Assembly: GCA_044462445.1 (NCBI GenBank)
Contig: JBIQNJ010000004.1
Location: 6,500 to 70,499, forward strand
DNA from: Truepera radiovictrix
GTDB lineage: Bacteria > Deinococcota > Deinococci > Deinococcales > Trueperaceae
DNA: 64,000 bases
Direction of reading: 5' to 3'
Below are positions 20,603-31,487 of this stretch, one piece after another. A program made the position numbers and the translations under genes. A model generated the notes under the pieces. It saw only the letters and a list, made by a program, of their open reading frames with translations, was not told the origin of the DNA and did no database searches. Each line of letters opens with the position of its first letter. Within the stretch, counting starts at the first letter, position 1.

Positions 20603-22036
20603 ATGGCGAGAGAGTTGCGGCTGCCCGAACTGGCCGAGTCGGTGGTTGAAGGTGAGATCGTCCGCTGGCTGGTGGAGGAGGGTGACACGGTCGCCCTCGA
20701 TCAACCGGTGGTGGAGGTCATGACCGACAAGGTCACGGTGGAGCTGCCCAGCCCCTACGCCGGCAAGCTGCTCGAGAAGCTCGTGGCCGAGGGCGACGTG
20801 GTGGCGGTCAACGCCGCCATCGCCAGGTTCGACGGCGACGGTGGCGCGGCCGAAGCCCCCGCGAGCACCGGCCCTGCCGCGCCCAGCGTGCAAGCCGCTG
20901 AGGAGCGGTCGATCGTCGAGACCGGCGCTGCGGCGGCGGAGGACGACGGTGAGAGCCTGAGCCTCTTCAAGCCCAGCGCAGGTGCCGAGGAGACGCTGAT
21001 CCAGATAAGGCGCCCCGACGGCGCGGCTGCCGCGCCGTCTGCCGGCGGGCGCAACGGCGCCGGTGGGCGGTCCGTGCCCGCAGCCGCGCCCGTGCCCGCG
21101 GCAGCCCCGGCGGCGTCGGCAAGTCGCGGGCCGTACGGCCGTGTGTTGGCCGTGCCCGCAGCGCGCAAGCTGGCGCGCGAGCTAGGGGTGGACATCGAGG
21201 AGGTGGAGGGCTCCGGGCCGAACGGCCGGGTGCGCGTGGACGACGTGCGCCAGCACGCCGAGGGCGGCGCTGCGGCCGTCTCCGCCGGCGCTGCCGGGCA
21301 TGCCCAGGCACCCCGCTACGTAGCGGGTGAGCAGCGCGAGGAGCGCATCGCTGTGCGCGGGCTCAGGCGCGTGATCGCCAACCAGATGAAAGCGTCGCAC
21401 CTCGAGACGGTGCGCACACTGCACGTGGACGAGGCGGACGTCACCGAGCTGGTGGCCCTCCGCAACAAGCTGCGCCCCCGGGCCGAGCAGCGGGGCGTGC
21501 GGCTGTCGTACCTGCCCTTCATCATGAAGGCGGTGGTGGCCGGTCTGCAGCGTTTCCCGATGATCAACGCCTCGCTGGACACAGCCGCCAACGAGATCGT
21601 GCGCAAGTACTACTACAACATCGGCATGGCCGTGGCCACCGACTCCGGCCTGGTGGTGCCCGTGGTGCAGGGTGTGGACCACCGGTCGATCCTCGACATA
21701 GCCGCCGACATCCAGCGCCTGGCCGAGCTGGCGCGCGTGGGCAAGCTGGCGGCCGACGACATCAAGGGCGGCACCTTCTCCATCACCAACATCGGCTCTC
21801 TCGGCGGCCTCTTCTCGTTCCCCATCATCAACGTGCCCGAGGCGGCCATCCTGGGCGTGCACTCGATCAAGAAGCGCCCTGTGGTGCTCGAGGACGACAG
21901 CATCGTGGCGCGGCAGATGCTCTACCTGAGCCTCTCCTTCGACCACAGGCTCATAGACGGCGCGGAGGGCGCGATGTTCACCAGCTACGTCATCGACCTG
22001 CTGGAGAACCCCGAAGCGCTCATGCTCGACCTCTGA
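20603..22036 (+). CDS. Dihydrolipoamide acyltransferase E2 component
   Basis: 477 aa. Single lipoyl domain (VMTDKVTVELPSP), Ala/Pro linker, E3-binding domain (VLAVPAARKLARELGVDI) and catalytic SFDHRLIDGA. Confidence 0.9.
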   Translation: MARELRLPELAESVVEGEIVRWLVEEGDTVALDQPVVEVMTDKVTVELPSPYAGKLLEKLVAEGDVVAVNAAIARFDGDGGAAEAPASTGPAAPSVQAAEERSIVETGAAAAEDDGESLSLFKPSAGAEETLIQIRRPDGAAAAPSAGGRNGAGGRSVPAAAPVPAAAPAASASRGPYGRVLAVPAARKLARELGVDIEEVEGSGPNGRVRVDDVRQHAEGGAAAVSAGAAGHAQAPRYVAGEQREERIAVRGLRRVIANQMKASHLETVRTLHVDEADVTELVALRNKLRPRAEQRGVRLSYLPFIMKAVVAGLQRFPMINASLDTAANEIVRKYYYNIGMAVATDSGLVVPVVQGVDHRSILDIAADIQRLAELARVGKLAADDIKGGTFSITNIGSLGGLFSFPIINVPEAAILGVHSIKKRPVVLEDDSIVARQMLYLSLSFDHRLIDGAEGAMFTSYVIDLLENPEALMLDL

Positions 22037-22161
22037 CGTTAGTGGTCCGGCCGGGCCCGTTACGGCCCGCCGCTAGCCGGCGCCCGAGCCCCGTGCCCGG
22101 GCGCCAGGCCGGGCACGTCAAGGCTACCCGCGACCGCTGACGCTGGGCATACAATCCGGTA

Positions 22162-23952
22162 GTGAAGCGCGGCGATCTACCCGTCCTACCCACCGCGCCG
22201 GGCTGCTACCTCTTCTACCGCGGCGACGGCACCGTCATCTACGTCGGCAAGGCCATCAACCTGCGCAGCCGCGTGGGCAGCTACTTCGGCCGCAACGTGG
22301 CCGAGAAGGTGCGGCTGCTGGTGCACGACGCTGTGCGGCTGGACTACATAGTCACGGCGGGCGAGGTCGAGGCCCTCATCCTCGAGGCCAACCTCATCAA
22401 GGAGCATCAGCCCCACTACAACGTCTACCTGAAGGACGATAAGAGCTACCCGTTCCTCAAGCTCACCAACGAGGAGTTCCCGACCCTCATCTTCACGCGC
22501 AACGTCGTGAAGGACGGCGGCAGCTACTTCGGCCCCTACCCGAACGCGGGCGCCGTGCGGCGCGTGCTGGACCTCGTGTACAGCGTCTTCAAGCTGCGCA
22601 AGAACTCGGGTGTGCCCTTGCAGCCGCGCGCCAAGCCGTGCCTGCGCTATCACATGGGCCGCTGCATGGCGCCCTGCATAGGTCAGGCCGTGCAGTCCGA
22701 GTACGCCCAGGTGGTGGCCGACGTGCGCGCCTTCCTGGAGGGGCGCGTGGACGAGGTGGTGGAGCGCACCGAGCGGCAGATGAAGGAGGCGGCGGTGCGG
22801 CAGGACTTCGAGCTCGCCGCCACCTATCGCGACCGCCTCGAAGCCCTCAAGCGCGTGACCGGCTGGGACACCAACGTCATGGCCGGCGGGGCGGAGGACC
22901 TCGACTTCCTCGGACTGGCCAAGGCGGGCAACCTGGCCATGGTGCAGCTGTTCCAGATGCGCTCCGGCCGCGTGGTGGGCCGCGACAAGCGGCTGCTGAC
23001 CAACGCCGCCGACGCCACCGACGCCGAGATACTCGAGCGCTTCATGGCCGACTACTACGGCCAGGCGATGCTGCTGCCGCCTCTGGTGCTCGTGCCCGAC
23101 GCCCAACTGGACGAGGGCATCTGGGAACGCTTCCTGAGCGAGCGCCGCGGCAAGCGCGTCCAGCTGCGCGTGCCGCGCCGCGGCGACAAGGTGGAGCTGC
23201 TGGCCATGGCGCGGCGCAACTCAGTGACCGGGGTGGAGGCCGAGATCGCCCTGCTGGAGCGCCGCGGGGAGGCGCCCGGCGTGGGCGAGCTGCAGCAGCT
23301 CCTCAAACTGGACAGCCCGCCCTGGCGCATCGAGGGGTTCGACATCTCCAACCTCATGGGTACGCACACCGTCGCCAGCATCGTGGCGTTCGAGGGAGGC
23401 CGCGCCAAGCGCTCCGACTACCGCCGGCTGCGCATCCGCGACCTCGACAAGCCGGACGACTTCTACTCCATGCACCAGGCCGTGCTGCGGCGCTTCACGG
23501 GTCAGCTGGCAGACAAGCTGCCGCGCCCTGACCTGCTCCTCATCGACGGCGGCAAGGGGCAGATGAGCTCCGCAAGGCGCGCGCTCGACGAGGCCGGCGT
23601 CCGTATACCCCTGGTGGGCCTGGCCAAGCGCGAGGAGACGCTCATCACCGAGCGGGGCGAGGAGGTGCTGGTGCCGCTGTCGCACCCGGCCCTGCGGCTG
23701 CTCATGCACGTGCGCGACGAGGCGCATAGGACCGCCGTGGGCTACAACCGCCAGCGGCGCGGCAAGGCGCTCACGCGCAGCGTGCTGGACGACGTTCCTG
23801 GCATCGGACCGAGGCGCAAGGAGGCGCTGCTGGCGCACTTCTCCAGCGTCGACGAGCTCAAGGAGGCGCCCGTAGACGTGCTGGCCTCCGTGCCCGGGGT
23901 CGGCCCCGCTGCGGCCCAGGCCGTGAAGGAGTACTTCGAGGGCGGCGGCTAG
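22162..23952 (+). CDS. uvrC: Excinuclease ABC subunit C
   Basis: 596 aa. GIY-YIG domain (GCYLFYRGDGTVIYVGKAINLRSRV...YNVYLKDDKSYP), UvrBC domain, and C-terminal (HhH)2 (VPGIGPRRKEALLAHF...VPGVGPAAAQAV). Confidence 0.93.
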   Translation: MKRGDLPVLPTAPGCYLFYRGDGTVIYVGKAINLRSRVGSYFGRNVAEKVRLLVHDAVRLDYIVTAGEVEALILEANLIKEHQPHYNVYLKDDKSYPFLKLTNEEFPTLIFTRNVVKDGGSYFGPYPNAGAVRRVLDLVYSVFKLRKNSGVPLQPRAKPCLRYHMGRCMAPCIGQAVQSEYAQVVADVRAFLEGRVDEVVERTERQMKEAAVRQDFELAATYRDRLEALKRVTGWDTNVMAGGAEDLDFLGLAKAGNLAMVQLFQMRSGRVVGRDKRLLTNAADATDAEILERFMADYYGQAMLLPPLVLVPDAQLDEGIWERFLSERRGKRVQLRVPRRGDKVELLAMARRNSVTGVEAEIALLERRGEAPGVGELQQLLKLDSPPWRIEGFDISNLMGTHTVASIVAFEGGRAKRSDYRRLRIRDLDKPDDFYSMHQAVLRRFTGQLADKLPRPDLLLIDGGKGQMSSARRALDEAGVRIPLVGLAKREETLITERGEEVLVPLSHPALRLLMHVRDEAHRTAVGYNRQRRGKALTRSVLDDVPGIGPRRKEALLAHFSSVDELKEAPVDVLASVPGVGPAAAQAVKEYFEGGG

Positions 23953-24512
23953 GGCACGGCCTGGCCGACCGACGTGACGCGACCCTCTTTGCGGTCGCGC
24001 CAGCGCTGGCGCGACAGCTCCATGCGCACGTCTATGCGGCCGTTGGCGTCGACCCGGCGCGTGGTCTCCTGGAAACCGACCTTCTTGAAGGCGCGCTGCG
24101 CGCGCAGGTTGTCACCGAACGTCTCGAGCCTGACGACCGACAGGCCCAGCGACTCGAAAGCGTACGTGAGCAGCGCCTGCATCGCTTCGGGCCCATAGCC
24201 GGCCGACCAGTGGGTGCGCTCACCGATGATGATGCCAAGCGTGCACTCCATGCCCCGGATGTCGTACAGCTCGGTGGTGCCGATGAAGTCGTCGCGCTCG
24301 TCGAATATGCCGAAGGTGGCGCGGTCCGCGCGGCGGGAGTCGTTGCGCAGCAGCCGCTTGAGCAGCCACAGCGGCATGCGGTTCGGCGGCGAGCCGTTAA
24401 GGTAGGCGATCTCGGGATCGCGGAAATGGCTCTGCAGGCGGCGCCAGTCGGTGTCGGAGAACTCCTCCAACGACCTTAGCGTCACACGACCGTACGCCGG
24501 TGTCATAGGCAA
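23949..24512 (-). CDS. GNAT-family N-acetyltransferase (RimJ/RimL-like)
   Basis: 187 aa. WSAGYGPEAMQALLTYAFESLGLSVVRLETFGDNLRAQRAFKKVGF matches the acetyl-CoA binding core. Its stop shares the tetranucleotide CTAG with the uvrC stop. Confidence 0.75.
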   Translation of the reverse strand: MPMTPAYGRVTLRSLEEFSDTDWRRLQSHFRDPEIAYLNGSPPNRMPLWLLKRLLRNDSRRADRATFGIFDERDDFIGTTELYDIRGMECTLGIIIGERTHWSAGYGPEAMQALLTYAFESLGLSVVRLETFGDNLRAQRAFKKVGFQETTRRVDANGRIDVRMELSRQRWRDRKEGRVTSVGQAVP

Positions 24513-24694
24513 AGTTTACTCTGCCGGCAGGCACCGCGGCGGGGGGCGCCTGCGGCCGGAGGGTGTTGGCGACGACGGCATGCCGGCACCCTGCCTGCAG
24601 CGGTGCCGCGGCTATACTGCCCGTAGCAGGGCGCATCCGTGTCTGCCATAGGCAGCGTTCTAGGCAGCGCCGCCGTGTAGTGCGAGAGGTACTC

Positions 24695-25665
<971 letters not shown>

Positions 25666-25666
<1 letters not shown>

Positions 25667-26619
25667 TGCTAGGCCCCCAGACACGCACGCGCGCCCTGCT
25701 GGACCGCTACGGTCTGGCGTCGCGCGCGCTGGCCCGCGAAGGGGGCGAGCGCAGCTCTACCGAGGCCGGCCAGAGCGTAGAGTTCCACGACTACCGCGCT
25801 TACCAGCCCGGTGACGAGCTGCGCTACGTGGACTGGCGCGTGTACGCCCGCACGGGCCGGCTCTACACGCGGCTCTACCAGGCAGAGCGCTCGGTGCGCC
25901 TGCACCTCGTCCTCGACAACTCGCCCAGCATGGCGCTCTACGGCAAGGACGGTTACGCACGCACCCTCGTCAGCCTGCTCACGTACGTGGCCCAGCGCCA
26001 GGCGCCGACGCAGGTACACCTCCTTGACGGGCGCGCCAGCCGCCCCTCGCAGGGCCTCAAGGCGCTGCGGGAGAGCCTGCGCTTCATCGACGCTGCGGGG
26101 GGAGCGGGCGCCCGCTCCCAGGGGGCGCTTGCCGGCGCAGGGGGCGGGGCGCCCGAGTCCGCTGCCGACTCGGGCGGTGGTGCGGCGGCGGCTGCCGCCC
26201 TGCTGCCGGTGACCAGCCTCAAGCGCTTCGCGCTCACCCTCCCCGCCGTGCGTGGCAGCGCCCTGGTGCTGGTGGTGTCGGACCTGCTGGAGGACGTGGC
26301 GCTGCGCCCCACGCTGGCCGCACTGCGCGCCAGGGGCGTCGACGTGGGGTTCCTGCAGGTGGTGGCGCCGGAGGAGCTGGACCCTCAGCCCGCCCTCCTG
26401 GAGCTGGTGGACGTGGAGACGGGGGCGAAGCTGCCGGTGGGCGCCGCCGAGGTGGAGGCCTACAAGGCCGAGGTGCGCGGCTTCATCGCGCGCACCCGCA
26501 GCGCCGTGCTCAAGGCAGGCTACAAGCATGTGCTGTTGCGCGCGCCGGTGGCGGGCGCAGACGTGGAGCGGGCGGCGCTGGCCGACCTGATACGGGCCGG
26601 AATACTCACCAAGAGGTGA
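25666..26619 (+). CDS. DUF58 (vWA-like) protein, the usual MoxR partner
   Basis: 317 aa. Signature FHDYRAYQPGDELRYVDWRVYARTGRLYTRLYQAE. The start overlaps the MoxR stop (TGATG). Confidence 0.8.
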
Positions 26620-26637
26620 GGGGCGCCCGGTTTACGT

Positions 26638-28851
26638 ATGATGTCGCTCGTGAGCGAACGTCTGGCTTTGTTGGCACTGGCGCTCCTAACGGCGCTGGCG
26701 GTCGTGGTGGCGCCGTGGGCAGCCGTCAACCGCGAGACCGGTGCGCGCAGCGCGGTGGTGCTGCTTCCCGACCGCATGGTCGACTTCACCGGCCGCACAG
26801 ACCCCGTGAACCTCCCGTACCAGAACGCCGTGCTGGTGCTGACCATAATCGGCCTGGCCGGGGTGGCCGGCGGCTGCGCGGTTCGCGGAAGGGCCAGGTA
26901 CACCGTGTGGTTTATCTCCGGCCTGGTGCTGACGGCCGGCACGCTATGGGGCGTGAACCGGTTCTACGACGGCGTCACTGACGCCCGTAAGGCGGCGCTC
27001 TCCACCGAGGTGCAGCGCGCGCTGGACAACCCGCGACCCAACGTCGACTTTGGGGCGCTGGCCGAGGTCGCGGCGGCCATCCCGGACCAGAGCCTGAGCG
27101 AGAGCATTGCGGCCGCGGACGAAGCGGGCCTCGTGGTGCGCCGCCTGCCTTACAGCAACGCCGGCTTCGGCATGAGCGCGTTCCTGGCCGTGGTCACCGG
27201 GGCGTTCGCGCTGCTGTTCGGCCTGCGGCTGTGGCCCTCGGCCTCACGCTTCATCGACCGGGTGCTTAGGGGCGCCGCGGTGCCGGCCATATCCATCCTG
27301 CTGGCGCTGCTGGCGGCCGCCGTGGTGATCCTCGCCCTGCAGCCCACCCCCTCCGGCGGCACCGTGGCGCTGGACGGCTGGTACTACTACCTGGTGGGCC
27401 GCCTCGATACCTTGTGGCACGCCTACTTCGCTATGTTCCACGACTCGCTCGGCACTGTGAACGGTTTCGCCGAGTCGCTCAAGTTCGCTACGCCGCTCAT
27501 CTTCACGGGCCTGGCCGTCGCCTTCGGCTTCCAGGCGGGCCTGTTCAACATCGGCGCCCCCGGTCAGATGGTGATGGGCGCAGTGTTCGCCATGTTCGCA
27601 GGGCTGTACATCCCCGGCCCGCGCTTCATCGTGCTGCCCCTCGCCGTGCTCGCGGCCGGCCTCGGCGGTGCGCTGTGGGGCGCCTTGCCGGGTTGGCTGA
27701 AGGCACGCTTCGGGGCCAACGAGGTCATCAACACCATCCTGCTCAACTTCGTGGCCGCTTCCGTGATGCTGTTCATCCTCTCGTCCGGCAACGTGTTCGC
27801 CGCCGCAGCGGTGCGCATCATCATCGTCATCGGCAGCCTGCTCGTGGTCATGATCCTCCTGGCGCTGGTGCCGGCCGTGCGGTCCATGCTGGCGCGCGGG
27901 CCGCGGGTCGCCGTGGCCGTCGGGCTGGTGATACTGCTGGGCGGCACCGTAGTCGCGGCGCTGCCGCGCCCGGGCGATCAGCCCGTGACCCTGCAGATGC
28001 CGTTCAAGGTTCCCGGCAACGAGCCCAAGTCGCATGAGCTGAACAGGACGGCACGCCTGCCGCAGCTGCCGGCCATGCTCGGCATCACGCGCGGTGGCGT
28101 CAACGTGGTGGCACTCAACTACGGCCTGGCGCTGGCACCCCTGGCCGTGCTGGTGGCGTTGGCGCTTCTGCCACGCATGAAGCGGTTCCGGCCCTGGGGG
28201 CGCCGGCTGCCGCTGGCGCTCGGCGTGGGCGTGCTGGCGTACGGCGCCACGTGGCTGGTGGGCTGGACGGGGTTGGCCACCGCCATACCGCCCACCAAGC
28301 TCAACCTGTCGTTCCTGATCGCCTTGGCGATGGCGGCGGTGGTGCACGTGGTGCTGTTCCGCACGCGCTGGGGTTACGAGCTCCGCGCCGTGGGCCTGGC
28401 GCCGCGCGCCGCCGAGTACGGCGGCGCCAACATCGGACGCAACACCGTGTGGTCCATGGCCATCAGCGGCGGTCTGGCGGGGCTGACCGCCACGCATTAC
28501 GTCCTGGGCGGCGCGCTCGAGGACTACTCGCTGCGCCAGTCGATACCCACCAGCGACGGCTTCGACGGCATAGCCGTGGCGCTGCTCGGCGCCAACCAGC
28601 CCATCTTCATCGTGCTGTCGGCGCTGCTGTTCGGGGTGCTCAAGTACGGCGGCTCGGTGCTCAACATCACCTTCCCCAACCTCACGCGCGACGTGGTGAG
28701 CATGATCCTCGCGCTCGTCGTGCTGTTCATCGCCGCGCGCGGCTTCCTGCCGCAACGGCTGCTCGACCCGCGCACCTGGCTGGACGCCTCCACCGGACCC
28801 GCCAAGGAAGAGGCCAACCCCAAGCGAACCACCATAGGGGAGGGGGGCTGA
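26638..28851 (+). CDS. BMP/nucleoside-type ABC transporter permease (NupB/YufP-like core), about twice the usual length
   Basis: 737 aa. Core motifs FATPLIFTGLAVAFGFQAGLFNIGAPGQM, WGYELRAVGLAPRAAEYGGANI and DGFDGIAVALLGANQP. It also carries an extra N-terminal region of about 200 aa and a long hydrophobic internal insertion. Confidence 0.75.
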   Translation: MMSLVSERLALLALALLTALAVVVAPWAAVNRETGARSAVVLLPDRMVDFTGRTDPVNLPYQNAVLVLTIIGLAGVAGGCAVRGRARYTVWFISGLVLTAGTLWGVNRFYDGVTDARKAALSTEVQRALDNPRPNVDFGALAEVAAAIPDQSLSESIAAADEAGLVVRRLPYSNAGFGMSAFLAVVTGAFALLFGLRLWPSASRFIDRVLRGAAVPAISILLALLAAAVVILALQPTPSGGTVALDGWYYYLVGRLDTLWHAYFAMFHDSLGTVNGFAESLKFATPLIFTGLAVAFGFQAGLFNIGAPGQMVMGAVFAMFAGLYIPGPRFIVLPLAVLAAGLGGALWGALPGWLKARFGANEVINTILLNFVAASVMLFILSSGNVFAAAAVRIIIVIGSLLVVMILLALVPAVRSMLARGPRVAVAVGLVILLGGTVVAALPRPGDQPVTLQMPFKVPGNEPKSHELNRTARLPQLPAMLGITRGGVNVVALNYGLALAPLAVLVALALLPRMKRFRPWGRRLPLALGVGVLAYGATWLVGWTGLATAIPPTKLNLSFLIALAMAAVVHVVLFRTRWGYELRAVGLAPRAAEYGGANIGRNTVWSMAISGGLAGLTATHYVLGGALEDYSLRQSIPTSDGFDGIAVALLGANQPIFIVLSALLFGVLKYGGSVLNITFPNLTRDVVSMILALVVLFIAARGFLPQRLLDPRTWLDASTGPAKEEANPKRTTIGEGG

Positions 28852-28852
28852 C

Positions 28853-29791
28853 ATGGACACCGTCCTGCTACTCGCCCTCGTGTCTTCGATGCTGCGCGCC
28901 ACCACGCCGCTGCTGTTCGCCGCTCTGGGCGGCCTGTTCAGCGAGCGTTCCGGCGTGGTCAACATCGCCCTCGAGGGCATAATCCTCTTCGGTGCGCTGG
29001 CGGCCGCCATCACGGCGCAGCTGGTCGAGGCGCCTCACCTCAGGGAGTCCCTGAGCGCCCGCGTGTGGTACGCGCCGTGGCTGGGCGTGCTGGCCGCCAT
29101 GGTGGCGGGCGGGTTCATCGGCTGGGTACACGCCGTGGTCTCGATCCGCTACAAGGCCGACCAGATCATCTCGGGAACGGCTATCAACCTCATGGGCATC
29201 GGTATCCCCGCCGTCATACTGACGGGCCTGTACGGCAACTCCGCCACCTCCACACCCATCCGCAACCGCCTGCCCTCGTGGGAGCTGTTCGGCATCGACG
29301 GCCTGGCCTTCAACCCGCTCGTGTACCTGGCGTTCCTGCTCGTGCCGGTCGTATGGTTCGTGGTGTTCCGCACGCCGTTCGGCCTGCGCCTGCGTTCGGT
29401 GGGCGAGCACCCCGAGGCCGCCGATTCACTGGGCGTCAACGTGTTCCGCATGCGCTACATAGGGGTCGTGCTGTCGGGGGTGCTGGCGGGTCTGGCCGGG
29501 GCGTACCTGAGCATCGGCAACGTCAACCAGTTCGTGTCTGAGATGTCCGGCGGTCGCGGCTTCATCGCGCTGGCCGCGCTCATCTTCGGCAAGTGGCATC
29601 CGCTGGGCGTGTTCGGAGCCACCCTGCTGTTCGGCGCCTTCCAGGCCAGCGAGGTGCTGCTGGGCGGCGGGCGCATCCTGCCGCCCACGGTGGTGCAGTC
29701 GCTGCCGTACGTGCTGACCATGGTCGTGCTGGCCGGCTTCGTAGGGCGCTCCGTCGCTCCGAAGGCCGCCGGTAAGCCGTTCGAGAAGTAG
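28853..29791 (+). CDS. BMP/nucleoside-type ABC transporter permease (NupC/YufQ-like)
   Basis: 312 aa. TTPLLFAALGGLFSERSGVVNIALEGI, FGLRLRSVGEHPEAADSLGVNV and GRGFIALAALIFGKWHP. There is a 1-nt gap after the preceding permease. Confidence 0.85.
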   Translation: MDTVLLLALVSSMLRATTPLLFAALGGLFSERSGVVNIALEGIILFGALAAAITAQLVEAPHLRESLSARVWYAPWLGVLAAMVAGGFIGWVHAVVSIRYKADQIISGTAINLMGIGIPAVILTGLYGNSATSTPIRNRLPSWELFGIDGLAFNPLVYLAFLLVPVVWFVVFRTPFGLRLRSVGEHPEAADSLGVNVFRMRYIGVVLSGVLAGLAGAYLSIGNVNQFVSEMSGGRGFIALAALIFGKWHPLGVFGATLLFGAFQASEVLLGGGRILPPTVVQSLPYVLTMVVLAGFVGRSVAPKAAGKPFEK

Positions 29792-29822
29792 GTCTGACCA
29801 AGACGCACACCTGAGGTGAACC

Positions 29823-31361
29823 GTGCCACGTGACCGCCGCTCAGGCATCCTCCTTCATCCCACCTCGCTGCCGGGCGCTTTCGGCATCGGTGAGCTCGGC
29901 CCCGAGGCGCACTCGTGGCTCGGCTTCCTCGCGGCGGCCGGTCAGCGGTTGTGGCAGGTGATGCCGCTGGGGCCGACCGGCTACGGCGACAGCCCCTACC
30001 AGTCTTTCAGCACGTTCGCGGGCAACCACTTCCTTATCAGCATGGAGCTGCTGGTGGAGGAGGGGTGGCTGGAGCAGCACGAGCTTGAGCCGCTCACGCT
30101 ACTGCCTGCCGAACGCGTCGACTACGGCAGCCTGATACCCGCCAAGCTGAGGCTCCTGGAGCTGGCGGCGCAGCGCTTCGAGCAGGGTGCCACCAGGGGG
30201 CAGCGTGACCTGGTCGGGGAGTTCGCGGAAGCCAACGCTCAGTGGCTGAACGACTACGCGCTCTTCATGGCGCTCAAGGAGCTGCACGGGGGTGGGGCCT
30301 GGGGCGAATGGCAGCCGGGGCTGCGCGACCGGGTACCGGCGGAGCTGGCAAGCGTCAAGGCTCGCACCGACCCCGCCAGACAGAAGCACATCACGTGGCA
30401 GTACTGGTTCTTCCAGCAGTGGGGCAGGGTCAGGCAGCGCGCCGGGCAGCTGGACGTCCAGCTGGTGGGCGACCTGCCCATCTTCGTGTCGCTCGACTCG
30501 GCCGACGCCTGGGCCAACCCGGACCTGTTCTTCTTCGGGGAAGGGGGCACACCTACCGTCGTTGCCGGCGTGCCGCCCGACTACTTCTCCGCCACCGGTC
30601 AACGCTGGGGCAACCCCCTGTACCGCTGGGACCGTCTGGCGGAGACGGGCTACGCCTGGTGGATCGAGCGGGTGCGCGCCGCTCTGCGGCTGTTCGACGT
30701 CGTGCGCATAGACCACTTCCGCGCCTTCGCCGCCTACTGGGAGATCCCCGCCGACGAACCCACGGCCGTGAACGGCCGCTGGGTGCCGGTGCCAGGCAAC
30801 GACCTGTTCCAGGCGCTCAGGCGTGAGCTGGGTGCGCTGCCGCTCATCGCCGAGGACCTGGGTGTCATCACCCCCGATGTCGATGAGCTGCGGCTGGCCA
30901 ACGGGCTGCCGGGCATGAAGGTGTTGCAGTTCGCGTTCGCCGGCGGCGCCGCCGACCCCTACCTGCCGCACAACTACACGCCGGATTGCGTGGTCTACAC
31001 GGGCACCCATGACAACGACACCACGGCCGGCTGGTACGCCGGGGCGCCCGAGGCGGAGCGCGACATGGTGCGCCGTTACCTGGCCCGTGGTGACGAGCGC
31101 GTGGCCTGGGAGATGATCAGGCTGGCGCAGGCGTCCGTGGCAGACAGAGCCGTCGTGCCCATGCAGGACGTGCTGGGTCTGGGGGGCGAGGGGCGCATGA
31201 ACACGCCCGGCGTGGCTGCGGGTAACTGGTCGTGGCGCTTCGCCTGGGCCGACGTGCCTTACTGGCTGGCTCCGCAGCTGGCGGAGCTGGCCGAGCTTTA
31301 CGGGCGGCTGCCGGCGGGTGGAGCCGAGGACACCCCGTACCGGCAGTCCGCCCTTTCGTGA
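29823..31361 (+). CDS. malQ: 4-alpha-glucanotransferase (amylomaltase, GH77)
   Basis: 512 aa. RRSGILLHPTSLPGAFGIGELG, SPYQSFSTFAGN, VRIDHFRAF, LIAEDLGVITPDV and YTGTHDNDT. Confidence 0.92.
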   Translation: MPRDRRSGILLHPTSLPGAFGIGELGPEAHSWLGFLAAAGQRLWQVMPLGPTGYGDSPYQSFSTFAGNHFLISMELLVEEGWLEQHELEPLTLLPAERVDYGSLIPAKLRLLELAAQRFEQGATRGQRDLVGEFAEANAQWLNDYALFMALKELHGGGAWGEWQPGLRDRVPAELASVKARTDPARQKHITWQYWFFQQWGRVRQRAGQLDVQLVGDLPIFVSLDSADAWANPDLFFFGEGGTPTVVAGVPPDYFSATGQRWGNPLYRWDRLAETGYAWWIERVRAALRLFDVVRIDHFRAFAAYWEIPADEPTAVNGRWVPVPGNDLFQALRRELGALPLIAEDLGVITPDVDELRLANGLPGMKVLQFAFAGGAADPYLPHNYTPDCVVYTGTHDNDTTAGWYAGAPEAERDMVRRYLARGDERVAWEMIRLAQASVADRAVVPMQDVLGLGGEGRMNTPGVAAGNWSWRFAWADVPYWLAPQLAELAELYGRLPAGGAEDTPYRQSALS

Positions 31362-31385
31362 TGACCGGCGTAGCGGCTCGGCGCT

Positions 31386-31417
31386 AGTTGGGGGCGGCAG
31401 TCGTGCAGCCCCCAACT
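31386..31417. terminator. Perfect 10-bp GC-rich hairpin between the convergent malQ and ABC-2 permease genes (putative bidirectional terminator)
   Basis: AGTTGGGGGC (31386-31395) / GCCCCCAACT (31408-31417) with a 12-nt loop. There is no clear U-tract on either side. Confidence 0.45.
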
Positions 31418-31487
31418 CATCCGCGTCTTGGCGTGCTGTTTAAGCGCGGCTGGTCAGCGCGCCCACGGGGAGTCGCTCACGCCCGTG

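Noticed and set aside
22040-22116. Cluster of overlapping GC hairpins after the E2 gene (GGCGCCCG/CGGGCGCC and GTGCCCGG/CCGGGCAC), considered as a possible repeat element or MITE.
   Set aside because: I found no second copy elsewhere in the window and there are no terminal inverted repeats or target duplications. The simplest reading is a U-tract-less terminator region typical of high-GC genomes.
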